Notes under the pieces: generated by a model
Databases searched by the model: none
What the model saw: the letters and a program-made list of their open reading frames with translations, nothing else
Told to the model about the DNA's origin: nothing
Virus record (IMG/VR): IMGVR_UViG_2675903313_000009
Length of the DNA: 64,000 nucleotides
Reading direction: 5' to 3' (one strand)
DNA from: a virus
Lineage: Duplodnaviria; Heunggongvirae; Uroviricota; Caudoviricetes
Shown here: piece after piece, positions 28,842-39,400 of the stretch
Position numbering within the stretch: position 1 is the first letter of the stretch
How the letters are laid out: each line of letters opens with the position of its first letter
Made by a program: the position numbers and the translations under genes

Positions 28842-30104
28842 TTACTTTACATAGTCGCCCAGTTTTAATATTTCGCGCTTATATTCTTTAACCATGCTAC
28901 TGGATTCAGTATAAATTCGATTTAAAAGATTATCGCTATCTTTATTCTCATTTATCTTAATGAGTGATAATTTAAATTCATAGTCATCAAATGCCACAAT
29001 CAAATGGTGGCCTGGGATTATATCTTCGTCACTCTTGAAGTATATATCTTCAAGTATGTAATCTAGTTGATTAGATTTTCTTTTCTCGATGTAATCTTCA
29101 GCCATAGCTATTACATCATTCCTGTCATTTAACCTGTTTTTTTCGGAAGGCACATCTTCGTAATGTTGCACGATTGAACAACCAATAAGGCGTGGGATGT
29201 AAACGTCAAAATGAGTAACTCTATCATTCGCGGTTTTAAGTTGTTCCTCAAAGTAGTTTCTTACATGTAAAGGCAACTTCTCAAAGTAATCATTAATTAT
29301 AGGAGAACAAGGAGTTTTATAATTCATAAGAACCGACGGTACGAGCTGTGGGCGTCGAAACATCCAGTCCCTTTTAACGTCCGATGGAACATAATAACTT
29401 TTAATGATATTATCAAAATAATTTATCATTCGAGATTTGAATATTTTATTGAATCTAAGGTTTATGAATGTATCCAGATAAGGCATATTTGAATAAGCAT
29501 CATCAAAAAATATTTCATCATTGAAAAAATCATATTTATTCAATAAACAACACAGTTTTTCCGAATTAATATGTTCACAATAATCGATTTTTAATCCAAA
29601 GATAGCAATGATCAACTTCATCTGAGGTGGGATTTTAAAAATTAATTGTGATACATACGCTCTTTTTTCCTTGAGACATTCCCCATCAATATAAAATGAA
29701 CTATCCACATACTCAAATATATTAATAATATGCTTCACATACTGTATTACCTCATGCTGTTTTACCAATGGGTAATAGAGTCTATGTAACTCATCGCTGT
29801 TTAAATTAATTTTGTGTTTATCGATAATTTGTTTTGCAAGAAGACATAACGCATCATGTTGATTTAATAAGGAATCAAACCATTGTTTAAATGCACTCTT
29901 TCGCATTTCGAACAATGATTCAGTTGTTAATTGAAGGGCTGAAAAAGCTGCTTTTGCACTTTTTCTCGCTTCGTAGGCATTCCATGCTGTTGCTATAAAA
30001 GCAAATGCTGTAGCCAATGTTCCAACAGTTTGACCATTTAAAACAACCCAATCCCAAAAAATAACGGTGAGCAGTAGTATAATAATGAAAATTAAAAAAG
30101 GCAT
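28842..30104 (-). CDS. Hypothetical membrane-anchored protein (420 aa), strongly AT-rich
   Basis: Only long ORF in a markedly AT-rich segment; N-terminal TM helix (MPFLIFIIILLLTVIFWDWVV...); Ile/Lys/Asn/Tyr/Phe-rich; no motif recognised. Confidence 0.6.
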   Translation of the reverse strand: MPFLIFIIILLLTVIFWDWVVLNGQTVGTLATAFAFIATAWNAYEARKSAKAAFSALQLTTESLFEMRKSAFKQWFDSLLNQHDALCLLAKQIIDKHKINLNSDELHRLYYPLVKQHEVIQYVKHIINIFEYVDSSFYIDGECLKEKRAYVSQLIFKIPPQMKLIIAIFGLKIDYCEHINSEKLCCLLNKYDFFNDEIFFDDAYSNMPYLDTFINLRFNKIFKSRMINYFDNIIKSYYVPSDVKRDWMFRRPQLVPSVLMNYKTPCSPIINDYFEKLPLHVRNYFEEQLKTANDRVTHFDVYIPRLIGCSIVQHYEDVPSEKNRLNDRNDVIAMAEDYIEKRKSNQLDYILEDIYFKSDEDIIPGHHLIVAFDDYEFKLSLIKINENKDSDNLLNRIYTESSSMVKEYKREILKLGDYVK

Positions 30105-30278
30105 GTATGTATTTCACTCTACTAACTATAAATTATTAGGCTAATGTTAACCAAACAATGCCTTAATTAATAGATTGATCGAGGCTTTAATAGCTTTATA
30201 ATGCAGACTGCAAAGATAAGTATGCACATACCTATCTTCTTTGTAAGTAAAGTTGCATATCAATTCTATGAGGTAACA

Positions 30279-30524
30279 ATGACGATCACTATCTACGGAC
30301 GAGATAACTGCTCATACTGCAAACGTGCGGTCGAGCTGGCGAAGCAACTAAAGGGACATGGCTACGGTGATTATGAGTACATCGACATCACCACTGCCGG
30401 TATCAACAAGGAAAAACTAAGTGAAATTGTTGGTAAACCGGTAGAGACTATCCCCCAGGTGCTGATCGATGGCCAGCCGATTGGCGGATACACAGAACTG
30501 GCTGCATACGTCAGCACCCTCTGA
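30279..30524 (+). CDS. Glutaredoxin (Grx1-like)
   Basis: Internal Met of track ORF 30201-30524; CSYC redox motif and GKPVETIPQVLIDGQPIGGYTELAAYV closely resemble E. coli glutaredoxin 1 from memory. Confidence 0.8.
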   Translation: MTITIYGRDNCSYCKRAVELAKQLKGHGYGDYEYIDITTAGINKEKLSEIVGKPVETIPQVLIDGQPIGGYTELAAYVSTL

Positions 30525-30530
30525 TTTTAA

Positions 30531-30554
30531 CGGCTCACAGGAGCCGTTTTTATT
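30531..30554 (+). terminator. Rho-independent terminator
   Basis: CGGCTC-ACAG-GAGCCG hairpin followed by TTTTTATT. Confidence 0.65.
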
Positions 30555-30734
30555 CCCACCAAACTCACTCCCATTTCCCTTAAAATTCAAAAAACAACGT
30601 CAAAATGATTCCATACCTACTATGTATGGAATCATTACTGAAAATGAGTTACTTTTACTCTTGATCCTATAAGAATCTATGCCTAATATACTGTTTACTT
30701 ATACAGTGAATCGGCGTAACTCGGTGATTGTCAT

Positions 30735-31838
30735 ATGAAAAATAGCTTTGACAGAGCACGCGCTGCGGAGAACACCTCAAAAGAGGCGATTGAGTATCTC
30801 GAAAGAGCATCTCAAATGCAGGCCGTTATGATCTCGCAGGTCAGCAATGACATGAGATTCTCGGACGCATTCATGTTATTCACTCGCTTATCTCTGCTGA
30901 TAACAAGACGTCGGCCAGAGATCGCTGTTCATTGTATTTTGATACATGTTTTGCCGCACATTGCCGATGTAAAAGTAAGTGACATTAATAGGTTCATGGT
31001 GAACCAACTGGTCAACCCACTAATACTGGATGGCAAAATTGTTATGGGCCGCCGCGTTTTCTCTCTGATGAAGCAGTTCCTTAGCTGGTGCGCCTTCCAG
31101 GGGATGATAGACGTGTCACCGTTAAACGATATGTCACTAAACAAAGTTGCCGGTGGCGCAAAGCCCACACCTCGCGAGCGGAAGCTGACCGACGCAGAGG
31201 TATGGGTGTTCTGGAATATATGGGACTACTTCAATGTGTGCGCTGGTACAAAATGGGCGGCCAGGCTGTGTCTTGTATCCGCAAGACGACCTGACGAAGT
31301 ACTGCGGGCTAAAAAAAGTGAGTTCAATCTTAAGCGTGGGGTTTGGAATCAAGGCAAGAGGAACAAATCTGCCCGTGAGCATTCGCTGCCTTTAAGCACA
31401 TTAATGCGCACATGTATTGAAGAGTTGTTCGAATACGGTAAAGGCAGCCAGTGGCTCGTGCCTTCGAATAAAAAAATCGGGAAAGACCTTCCTATGTCTA
31501 AAGTGGCAATAGCCCAGGCATTACGTCGTATCCTGGAACGACCAGAACTGATGGAGCTTGAGCCATTTACACCCCGAGACTTGCGCCGTACTGCGCGTAG
31601 TTACTTCCCAGCATTAGGCATAAGCCAGGAGGTATCACGCAAAATCATGAACCACAGTCTTGAGGGGATAGATCGAGTCTACGACCGGCACGATTATATG
31701 GACGAGATGCGAGACGCCTTAGAAAGTTTCTCGACGTACATCGCATCAATCGTAGAGCAACCGGATTTAGACGAAATTGACCACAAATTCAAGGGAGATC
31801 GTCTATCAACAGAGCTTATTCGTGTAAATTTTTCATAG
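30735..31838 (+). CDS. Tyrosine recombinase / integrase-like protein
   Basis: C-terminal half has catalytic-type blocks (..ARRPDEVL.., ..TPRDLRRTARSY.., ..NHSLEGIDRVYDRHDY..); the usual His of the H-x-x-R box appears as Arg; start uncertain. Confidence 0.6.
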   Translation: MKNSFDRARAAENTSKEAIEYLERASQMQAVMISQVSNDMRFSDAFMLFTRLSLLITRRRPEIAVHCILIHVLPHIADVKVSDINRFMVNQLVNPLILDGKIVMGRRVFSLMKQFLSWCAFQGMIDVSPLNDMSLNKVAGGAKPTPRERKLTDAEVWVFWNIWDYFNVCAGTKWAARLCLVSARRPDEVLRAKKSEFNLKRGVWNQGKRNKSAREHSLPLSTLMRTCIEELFEYGKGSQWLVPSNKKIGKDLPMSKVAIAQALRRILERPELMELEPFTPRDLRRTARSYFPALGISQEVSRKIMNHSLEGIDRVYDRHDYMDEMRDALESFSTYIASIVEQPDLDEIDHKFKGDRLSTELIRVNFS

Positions 31839-32219
31839 AGACTTTATGGCCTCAACAACCTTTTGTGATGCGCCTTTCTCTTTACCGAATCGCTCGTTAT
31901 ATGCAGCAAGAACCTGTTTTTCGTCCTCGTTAAGAGGAGCGGTGCCTTCTTTGTATAAAAATGCTGCGAGTTCAGGTTGGCGTTCTTCCAGCACCATCAT
32001 CATAAGACGACTTGGCTCAATACCCAGCGCCAGCGCCAACGGACGAACCTTATCGATAGGCAAAGGAATTTTGCCACTTTTAATTAAAGAAAGGTTGTTG
32101 GCATTTTTATAACCAATAAGTCTGGCTATTTGGGCCTGACTCATAGGTGAGGATTCAATCAGCCCTGCGATAAAAGCAGCATAGCGACTTTCTATAAATT
32201 CAATCTTGTTGTCAGACAT
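31833..32219 (-). CDS. HTH (XRE-family-like) transcriptional regulator, candidate repressor
   Basis: HTH-like segment MSQAQIARLIGYKNANNLSLIKSGK; divergent from a promoter region containing GGTAAGTGCTTACC palindromes. Confidence 0.65.
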   Translation of the reverse strand: MSDNKIEFIESRYAAFIAGLIESSPMSQAQIARLIGYKNANNLSLIKSGKIPLPIDKVRPLALALGIEPSRLMMMVLEERQPELAAFLYKEGTAPLNEDEKQVLAAYNERFGKEKGASQKVVEAIKSL

Positions 32220-32469
32220 TGTTACAACCTTTGCGCGTTCAATTCTCTCTGGTAAGTGCTTACCGATATTACATCAAAGGTTAGGGTTGTAAAGCTATTA
32301 TCATTTTTTCGATAGGCACTTAAAAGACCGGTTAAAGGCCATTGCACGGAGAAAAATTAGCCCAAAACAGGTAAGAAAATTAACTTGCATATGATATGAA
32401 TGTATTCAGTATTGATATAAATTTTAGTAGTATTCCTTACCATAGTATAAGTTAGAATGGATTGATTGA

Positions 32470-32682
32470 ATGAACACCACTATTTCCAGCCTAATCGCTC
32501 TTGAGATCGGACACGTACAGAAATTAGCTGATGAGTGTGTAGCTGACATCCTCACCGATCTACCGAATGAGCAGATTCAGGTTGGTGTGAATGACACAAC
32601 TGGCTTTATATTCGAACTTAACAACAAACGCTTCACGCTTCTCAATATCGGCTCCGGGTCTTTAGCCGTCAGAATCTGTTAA
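32470..32682 (+). CDS. Small hypothetical protein (70 aa)
   Basis: Track ORF divergent from the HTH gene; weak support. Confidence 0.3.
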   Translation: MNTTISSLIALEIGHVQKLADECVADILTDLPNEQIQVGVNDTTGFIFELNNKRFTLLNIGSGSLAVRIC

Positions 32683-32780
32683 CCCCTCTTCTCCCTGCGC
32701 GAATGGCTTAGTTCCCTGTTCGCGCAGTGCTACATTAAACACACTAGTAAATAATTTGTTTTCATAACAAAGGATTAGCC

Positions 32781-34889
32781 ATGTCTAAAAAACGTTCCAT
32801 CAAAGAGGTTCAGGACTTCCGTGACAGTGTAAAACGAGTAGTCGCTCTCCTTTCAGGTAAAAACATCCCTGTTGCAGAACGAGGGGACGACGCTTATGTA
32901 CGCTATAACGATGATGGAGAGCCAATTCTCGTAAACATCCCATCAATCCCGGATAACGCAACACCGGCATTGATGAATGCTGTGCGCGGATTTCTCGATC
33001 ATGAGGTTGCTCACATTTTGTTTACCGATATTCGTGTGTCCAACAAAATGAGAGAAAAAGGACGCGTTCCTTCCTGGTCGCTATGGAATGCCTTAGAAGA
33101 CGTGTTCATCGAGCGAAAAATGGGTCAGGTCTTTAACGGAACAAGACGTAATCTGATGGCAACTCAGCGCCTTATAATCGAAAAAGTCTTTAAACCAAAG
33201 GCTTCAGAGGCTATTGCTTATTGTGGCAAAGATCAGCGCGCGCTTTTTCTAAACTTCTTTCTCTGTCCGGTTGTAAGAGCCTGGGATGGCCAAGCACCGT
33301 TCGTAGATTTCATGGATGAACATTGGCCTGTCATTGAGAAACCAATTTCATTATTAAAAGAACATGGTATCGATGTGGCCGTGCGTAACATGTCTTGCAC
33401 CGAGGATTGTGTAAAGGTGGCTGCGACCATAGCTAAGATCCTCAAAGACACTGAAAGTGAAAGCAAAGGTAAGGAGTCAGCTCCGGGAAAAACTTCCGAT
33501 CCTTCAGACGCTGACCAGACGGATGCCTCTGGAGAAAACAATGAAGACAACGAAGATCATGAGACTCCCTCAGTGTTAGATAATTACAAATCTATCAAAT
33601 CAGAATCACATAGTAAGTACAAACATGATAATAACGACAGTGATGATTCAGATAATTCTGAATCATCAGAAACAATATTCGATGATACAGAAAATGATAA
33701 AGAGGTATCAGATTCTGATGCTTCTGATAACGCGGCGTCAGAATCATTAACCGCTGACCACGAAAAAAGAAAAACGACAGAAGACGGCTCTTCAGATATC
33801 CCAACTCCGTCAAAAATGAGTCTGGAAGAGGCTTTAGAGGAGTTGGATAGCATGGAAGATGAAGTCGGAGGCATGACAGAAGATGCGCTATCCGAAACGA
33901 TTAAAAGCGAGTTAACAGAAAGCTCGAAAAGCGAATACAGGCCATACAATCGCTCATACGACTTCATCGGCTCGATTGATCAGGCAGAAGCCCATATCAA
34001 ACGGCTTATTAAAACATTCTCCGATATTGATTTGGGAGGATATCCAATCAGCCGCTATCGCATCGTTCCTGAAGGCAACCAGCTCTTCGACAAATATATT
34101 GAAAAGCATCTTTCGTCAGGTGTTTCGTCGACGCTGGCAAAAGACCTGGAGCGAGCAATAGCAAGCAGAAACAGAGTTCAGTTTATACCGGGCCAGCGTC
34201 GGGGGCGCATTCATGGTTCTAGTATCTACAGATTAGCAATGAATGATGCTCGCGTGTTTCGTAAAAAAGAAGAATCTAAAGCCGTTAACGCCTGTGTTCA
34301 ACAAGTGATTGATTTATCAGGTTCAATGAGTGGTATAACGATTAAACTGGCTCTTGCAAGTGCATATACCATCGCCGATGCCCTTGATCGAATAAATGTT
34401 CCCAACATTATCACCGGCTTCACTACATTTGGTAGTCATATGGCGGCAGGAGAACTTAAGGCTGTCAAGTATGAGTTCTCTCGCTTTGAATCTTTAATGC
34501 TACCTATCATCAAAAATTGGAATGAAAAGGTAAATTCTCGCGAAGTTCGCTCACGTATGGGGTGCGTAGGCTACACATTCCCACTTCTTAATAACGTGGA
34601 TGGTGAAAGCATAGCCAGCCTTGCATCGTTATTTTCCGGTCGCATGGAGGACAGGAAGATCATGCTTGTTCTGAGTGATGGCGCGCCGTGGGCTGTTGGG
34701 AGAGGTTTTGACGCTCATTTGCGTTCAGTTGCGAAGCAAATTGAAACGCAGACTGATATTGATTTGATGGCAATTGGCATCATGACTGACGCACCGGAGA
34801 GATTTTACTCAAATCATGCCCTGGTAACGAGCGTTGATAGTCTTGGTTCATCTGTAGTTACTGAACTATCTCGTATCATTTTAAAGTGA
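32781..34889 (+). CDS. CobT-like von Willebrand factor A domain protein with acidic Ser/Asp-rich linker
   Basis: MIDAS-type motif DLSGSMSG in the C-terminal half; long disordered acidic region (DSDDSDNSESSE...); partner AAA+ gene follows. Confidence 0.65.
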   Translation: MSKKRSIKEVQDFRDSVKRVVALLSGKNIPVAERGDDAYVRYNDDGEPILVNIPSIPDNATPALMNAVRGFLDHEVAHILFTDIRVSNKMREKGRVPSWSLWNALEDVFIERKMGQVFNGTRRNLMATQRLIIEKVFKPKASEAIAYCGKDQRALFLNFFLCPVVRAWDGQAPFVDFMDEHWPVIEKPISLLKEHGIDVAVRNMSCTEDCVKVAATIAKILKDTESESKGKESAPGKTSDPSDADQTDASGENNEDNEDHETPSVLDNYKSIKSESHSKYKHDNNDSDDSDNSESSETIFDDTENDKEVSDSDASDNAASESLTADHEKRKTTEDGSSDIPTPSKMSLEEALEELDSMEDEVGGMTEDALSETIKSELTESSKSEYRPYNRSYDFIGSIDQAEAHIKRLIKTFSDIDLGGYPISRYRIVPEGNQLFDKYIEKHLSSGVSSTLAKDLERAIASRNRVQFIPGQRRGRIHGSSIYRLAMNDARVFRKKEESKAVNACVQQVIDLSGSMSGITIKLALASAYTIADALDRINVPNIITGFTTFGSHMAAGELKAVKYEFSRFESLMLPIIKNWNEKVNSREVRSRMGCVGYTFPLLNNVDGESIASLASLFSGRMEDRKIMLVLSDGAPWAVGRGFDAHLRSVAKQIETQTDIDLMAIGIMTDAPERFYSNHALVTSVDSLGSSVVTELSRIILK

Positions 34890-34984
34890 ACAAAACAGCC
34901 TTAACGATAAGTAACCACTTACGATATATAATGATATATTTATATAAGAAGTTGAACGCTCATTAGAGAACAAAGGAAAAACGC

Positions 34985-36220
34985 ATGACGACTACTGCAC
35001 TGCAAAATGAAAAAAATCCTTCTGATTACCTTGTTTGCAAGTGGTGCGGCAAATCATTTCACTATTTTAAGTCCCATGTAGCCAATGGTAATTGCGAGGG
35101 CATTCCTGAGTCAGTAAAAGATGCCGATCCTGACACCGTACTGAAAATGTACACAACGCAGTTTCCAGATGAACCAACGCTATCGAAAAAGGCACTTGAT
35201 GCAATTCAAGCTAAACGTGCCGAGCAAAAAAGCGAAATGGCCAAATCTTCTGGCTTGACCAGTAGCCCTGGCTACACAGGCACAGTTGAGTACAAGACAG
35301 ATCTGGTCGCAGCTCACGAACTGCTAAACGTAACGGTGGAAGAACTCGGAACAAAACGTGGGACGCCGCTCATGGTTAGCGTCAACGTCAATACGCCGTA
35401 TCCAGAGTTCGTTCCCGAAGTGAAGAAAGGCTACGTATATGGCGACTTCGAACTGATCAAAGATATTTTCATGATGCTTGAACTTGGCATACCTGGCTAT
35501 TTGTGGGGTCATGCAGGAACAGGCAAATCGTCATTGCCTACACAGCTATGTGCTTTGCTCAATCGTCCGTTGATCCGTGCCCAACATACAGCATCAATGG
35601 AAGAGGCACATGTTACGGGGCAAATTCTGGCGCGTGATGGCTCTACGTATTTCGAACCTGGCTTGCTTGCGCTCGCAATGAAGCATGGCTGGGTTTACCT
35701 CGCGGATGAATACGACTTTGCGTTTCCACAAATTCTTGGCGTGTATCAGCCAGTGCTGGAAGGTGAAGCGTTGGTCATCAAAGAGGCAACTCCAGAATGG
35801 CGTCGCATTACTCCGCATGAACGGTTTGCTTTCATTGGCACTGGCAACACGAACGGATCTGGTGATGAAACCGGCTTGTACCAGGGTACAAACATCCAGA
35901 ACGCCGCGAACTTTTCGCGTTTTGGCATCGTTTCGAATGTGAAATACATGAGCAAAGACGCAGAGATCAACATGTTGACAAATGCAGGCATCGTGGATGA
36001 ATACGCTGAAAAGATGGTTAAGTTTGCCGGTATCGTTCGCGATGGATACGAAGAACACCTCATTAGTCAGCCAATTGGCCCTCGTGAACTTTTGTTGTCG
36101 GCCAAGATTGGAATGATGCGAGGCGACTTTGTGACAGGTATTGAGCGTTCTTTCATTAACAAACTCCCTTCAGCTTCTGCACAAGCGGCTCGTGAAGTTG
36201 TTCAAAAAATATTTGGTTAA
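34985..36220 (+). CDS. CobS/MoxR-like AAA+ ATPase
   Basis: Walker A GHAGTGKSSL, Walker B-like VYLADEYD; N-terminal Cys/His cluster (CKWCGKSF..H..C). Confidence 0.7.
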   Translation: MTTTALQNEKNPSDYLVCKWCGKSFHYFKSHVANGNCEGIPESVKDADPDTVLKMYTTQFPDEPTLSKKALDAIQAKRAEQKSEMAKSSGLTSSPGYTGTVEYKTDLVAAHELLNVTVEELGTKRGTPLMVSVNVNTPYPEFVPEVKKGYVYGDFELIKDIFMMLELGIPGYLWGHAGTGKSSLPTQLCALLNRPLIRAQHTASMEEAHVTGQILARDGSTYFEPGLLALAMKHGWVYLADEYDFAFPQILGVYQPVLEGEALVIKEATPEWRRITPHERFAFIGTGNTNGSGDETGLYQGTNIQNAANFSRFGIVSNVKYMSKDAEINMLTNAGIVDEYAEKMVKFAGIVRDGYEEHLISQPIGPRELLLSAKIGMMRGDFVTGIERSFINKLPSASAQAAREVVQKIFG

Positions 36221-36222
36221 TC

Positions 36223-36426
36223 GTGCGTAAAGGATGTTTCGGCTCTCTTATCGCTGCTTCTGAAACTGGTAAGGCTTGTCTGGTGTGTCCAGACAAGCCC
36301 GATTGTCACCAATCAGCAAAAGAAGTTGCGATTTCGATGCATGGGAAGTTCGTAGGCTTCCCCAATGACAAAATCAAAAAAACCAGAAAGGTAAAAACAC
36401 ATGAAGGCACTGATGGTTCGAACTGA
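36223..36426 (+). CDS. Small Cys-rich protein (67 aa)
   Basis: CLVCPDKPDCH motif; overlaps the polymerase start; weak. Confidence 0.3.
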   Translation: MRKGCFGSLIAASETGKACLVCPDKPDCHQSAKEVAISMHGKFVGFPNDKIKKTRKVKTHEGTDGSN

Positions 36427-39400
36427 CTTCTCACTTGGGGAGTCGGCTCTAAAAGCAGAAAACGCGGTGAAGATTGCCAGAGAAGCTGGCTACACCGCTG
36501 TAATTTCAGCAGATAGCATGAATATTGCGAGCGTTATTCCACTACAACGTGCCGCTGGTGACGACATGGCGGTTATTTGTGGTGTGAAACTAAACATTGT
36601 TGATGATCCCACATACGAGCACCGGGCTAAACTTGCTAAAGAATCTATGAGATGTATGGAATCATTAGAGCGGGGACGTAACTACTCGTTTACCGCTCTA
36701 ATTAAAAATGAGCAAGGATATCGCGACATCTGCGAACTAATGACGGTGGCCAACACACGAGAACAGTTCTACTTTGTACCGCGTCTCTCGCTCGAAAAGT
36801 TGGTTTCTACATATGCCAAAGGCAACATCATCCTGCTCACTTCCGACATCGGTAGCGTGTTCCAACGCAACGATTTTGCAAAAATCATAAGCTCACTGAT
36901 TACAGCGGGCGGGAAAGACAACTTCTATAGTGTGGTTTATCCGCACCCTACCCCATTCTACGACCAGATTAACGTCCGAGCGATGAAAGTCGCCAGCGCA
37001 CTGAAAATAGAGCCAGTAGCGTTCTATCCCGCTTATTACGAATCGATCGACGATGCAGACATTAAAGACATTGCGCACATGGTTACGAACAACATAAAAA
37101 TCGACCAGCCGCATCGTCTGCGTATCCCCCACCAGCGAGATAACGCCATCAATGGTCGTCGCCATCTCCTTGAGGCGCTTAAAGCCTTCTCCGTTCGCAT
37201 GGATGTGCCGGTAACAGCTGCAATGGCCTCAACAACGCAGGACTCCATTATCGATGCCTGCACATGGCGCTGGCATGAATTGCCACCAGCACTGCCCAAG
37301 ATGGCAGACGACGAACCTGCAACGCTGATGAAACTGGCTGTTGCAGGGCTGCGTAAACGTCTTACCACAAAAGAGTTTGGATACACACCACCTGCTTCTG
37401 AGAACAGGGTTTATGTTGAGCGGCTAAAGTACGAAATGGACACGCTGACTCGCCTGGGATTCTGTGGTTACTTCCTGATGGTACGCGATCTGATGAATCA
37501 CAGCCGTGAAACTGGCATTCCTGTCGGGCCTGGTCGTGGTTCCTCTGCCGGTTCTCTGGTGGCGTGGTGCATAGGCATAACCAACGTCGACCCAATCCGT
37601 CACGGTCTTCTGTTTGAGCGTTTCATCAACCCTGAGCGTCTCGACTTGCCGGATGCGGACTTGGACTTCAGCCAGGCACGTCGCCATGAGGTGATCGAGT
37701 ATCTGAATGAACGCTACGGCGAAGATTACGTTGCAGGCATTCCGAACTTCACCTACCTGGGCGCAGCCTCTGCACTACGTGACACCGCTCGTATTTATGG
37801 TGTGGAGTCCGCAGATATGGCGGTATCAAAAGAACTGAAGAACGTCGAGGATGATAGCCTTCCATTGGAAGAGCTGCGCGAACAACTGGCAAGTCTCGAC
37901 AAATACGCAACAAAATATCCTGATGCATTCAATGCAGCCTGCAAGTTACAAAGCCTTATGCGTGGCTTTGGTAGACATGCGGCAGGGATGATCGTAGCAG
38001 GTGTTCCTCTAACAGAACGTACACCGGTTGAGCGCCGTGGTGACGCGCGTTGTATCGCATTTGACAAGCGTTACTGCGAGGCTATGGGCCTAATTAAGCT
38101 GGACGTACTTGGTCTGGCAACTCTCGATTTGCTCGATAGTGCAAAACGCTACATAAAAGAGAACACAGGTGAAGATATCAATCTTGATGCCATTTCTCTT
38201 GAAGATCGCAAGGTGCTGGATGGTTTTGCTGCTGGGTACACTCAAGGTGTTTTCCAGCTTGAATCAGGCCCAATGCGCAAGCTGCTTAAAGATTTAGGTG
38301 GTGGAATTGAGCCAATGAGCTTTAAAACGGTTGTTGCTACGACTGCGCTCTTCCGGCCGGGGCCAATTCAGTCAGGCATGTTGGATGACTATGTTTCTGT
38401 AGCCAAAGGCTTTATGACGCCGGAATCATTACACCCCGTTCTTGATGAACTTACCGCAGAAACAAATGGCGTGATTCTCTATCAGGAACAGACGATGAAC
38501 GCGACTCGATTGCTTGCTGGCTTCACAATGGCTGAAGCTGACGGCGTTCGTAAAGCGATCGGTAAAAAAGACATGGAAAAAATGAAGAGCATGGGCGAGA
38601 AGTTCATCGTTCAGGCTCAAGCTGGCTGGATAGACGTTGAGCTGGAAGATGGCACTACACAGCGCATTCACCGTGCGGAACATTTTAAATGCGAAGACGG
38701 AACTCTGAAAACTGTCGAAGAGGCACTTGAGTACGGCGCAAAACTACCTATAAACGCAGTACGCGTTACAGCGTCACATCCAGGGCTATCAGAGATGAAA
38801 GCGAAGGAGATCTGGACCGCATTCGAAAAGAATGGTGCCTACCAGTTCAACAAATCACACTCTGTTGCTTACTCCTTAATCAGTTATCAATCTATGTGGT
38901 TGAAAACTCATTATCCCGCGGAGTTCTTCGCTGCTGCTCTCACTATTCTTGGCGAAGATAAACACCAGGGGCTGGTTAAAGATGCGCTGACCTATGGTAT
39001 TCGCGTATTGCCACCAGACGTTAACGTGTCATCTAACCGAATCGAGATCCGCACGCTTGAAGATGGCAGCCAGGTGCTGTATGCGCCCTTCTCTGCTGTG
39101 AAAGGGTGTTCTGAGAATGGCTGCCAAGCCATCATGAGAGCGCGAGAAAAAGTTGGCGGCAAATTCGAGTCACTGGCGCAATTCGAAGAAGCTGTCGAGA
39201 AACGTGCCTGTAATAGTCGAGTGCGCGAATCGCTGCAAAAAGTAGGGGCGTTTGCATCCATCGAGCCAGGCAGTCTGCCAGCAACTGATCCAGAGCGCCT
39301 ACGCGACCAGGCTGAATTGATGGGAAACCTTGTCATAGACGCAGTTAAAGCCTCACGTCCGTTTGAGATGAACCCCAAACGTTCGGCTGAAATTAACGTA

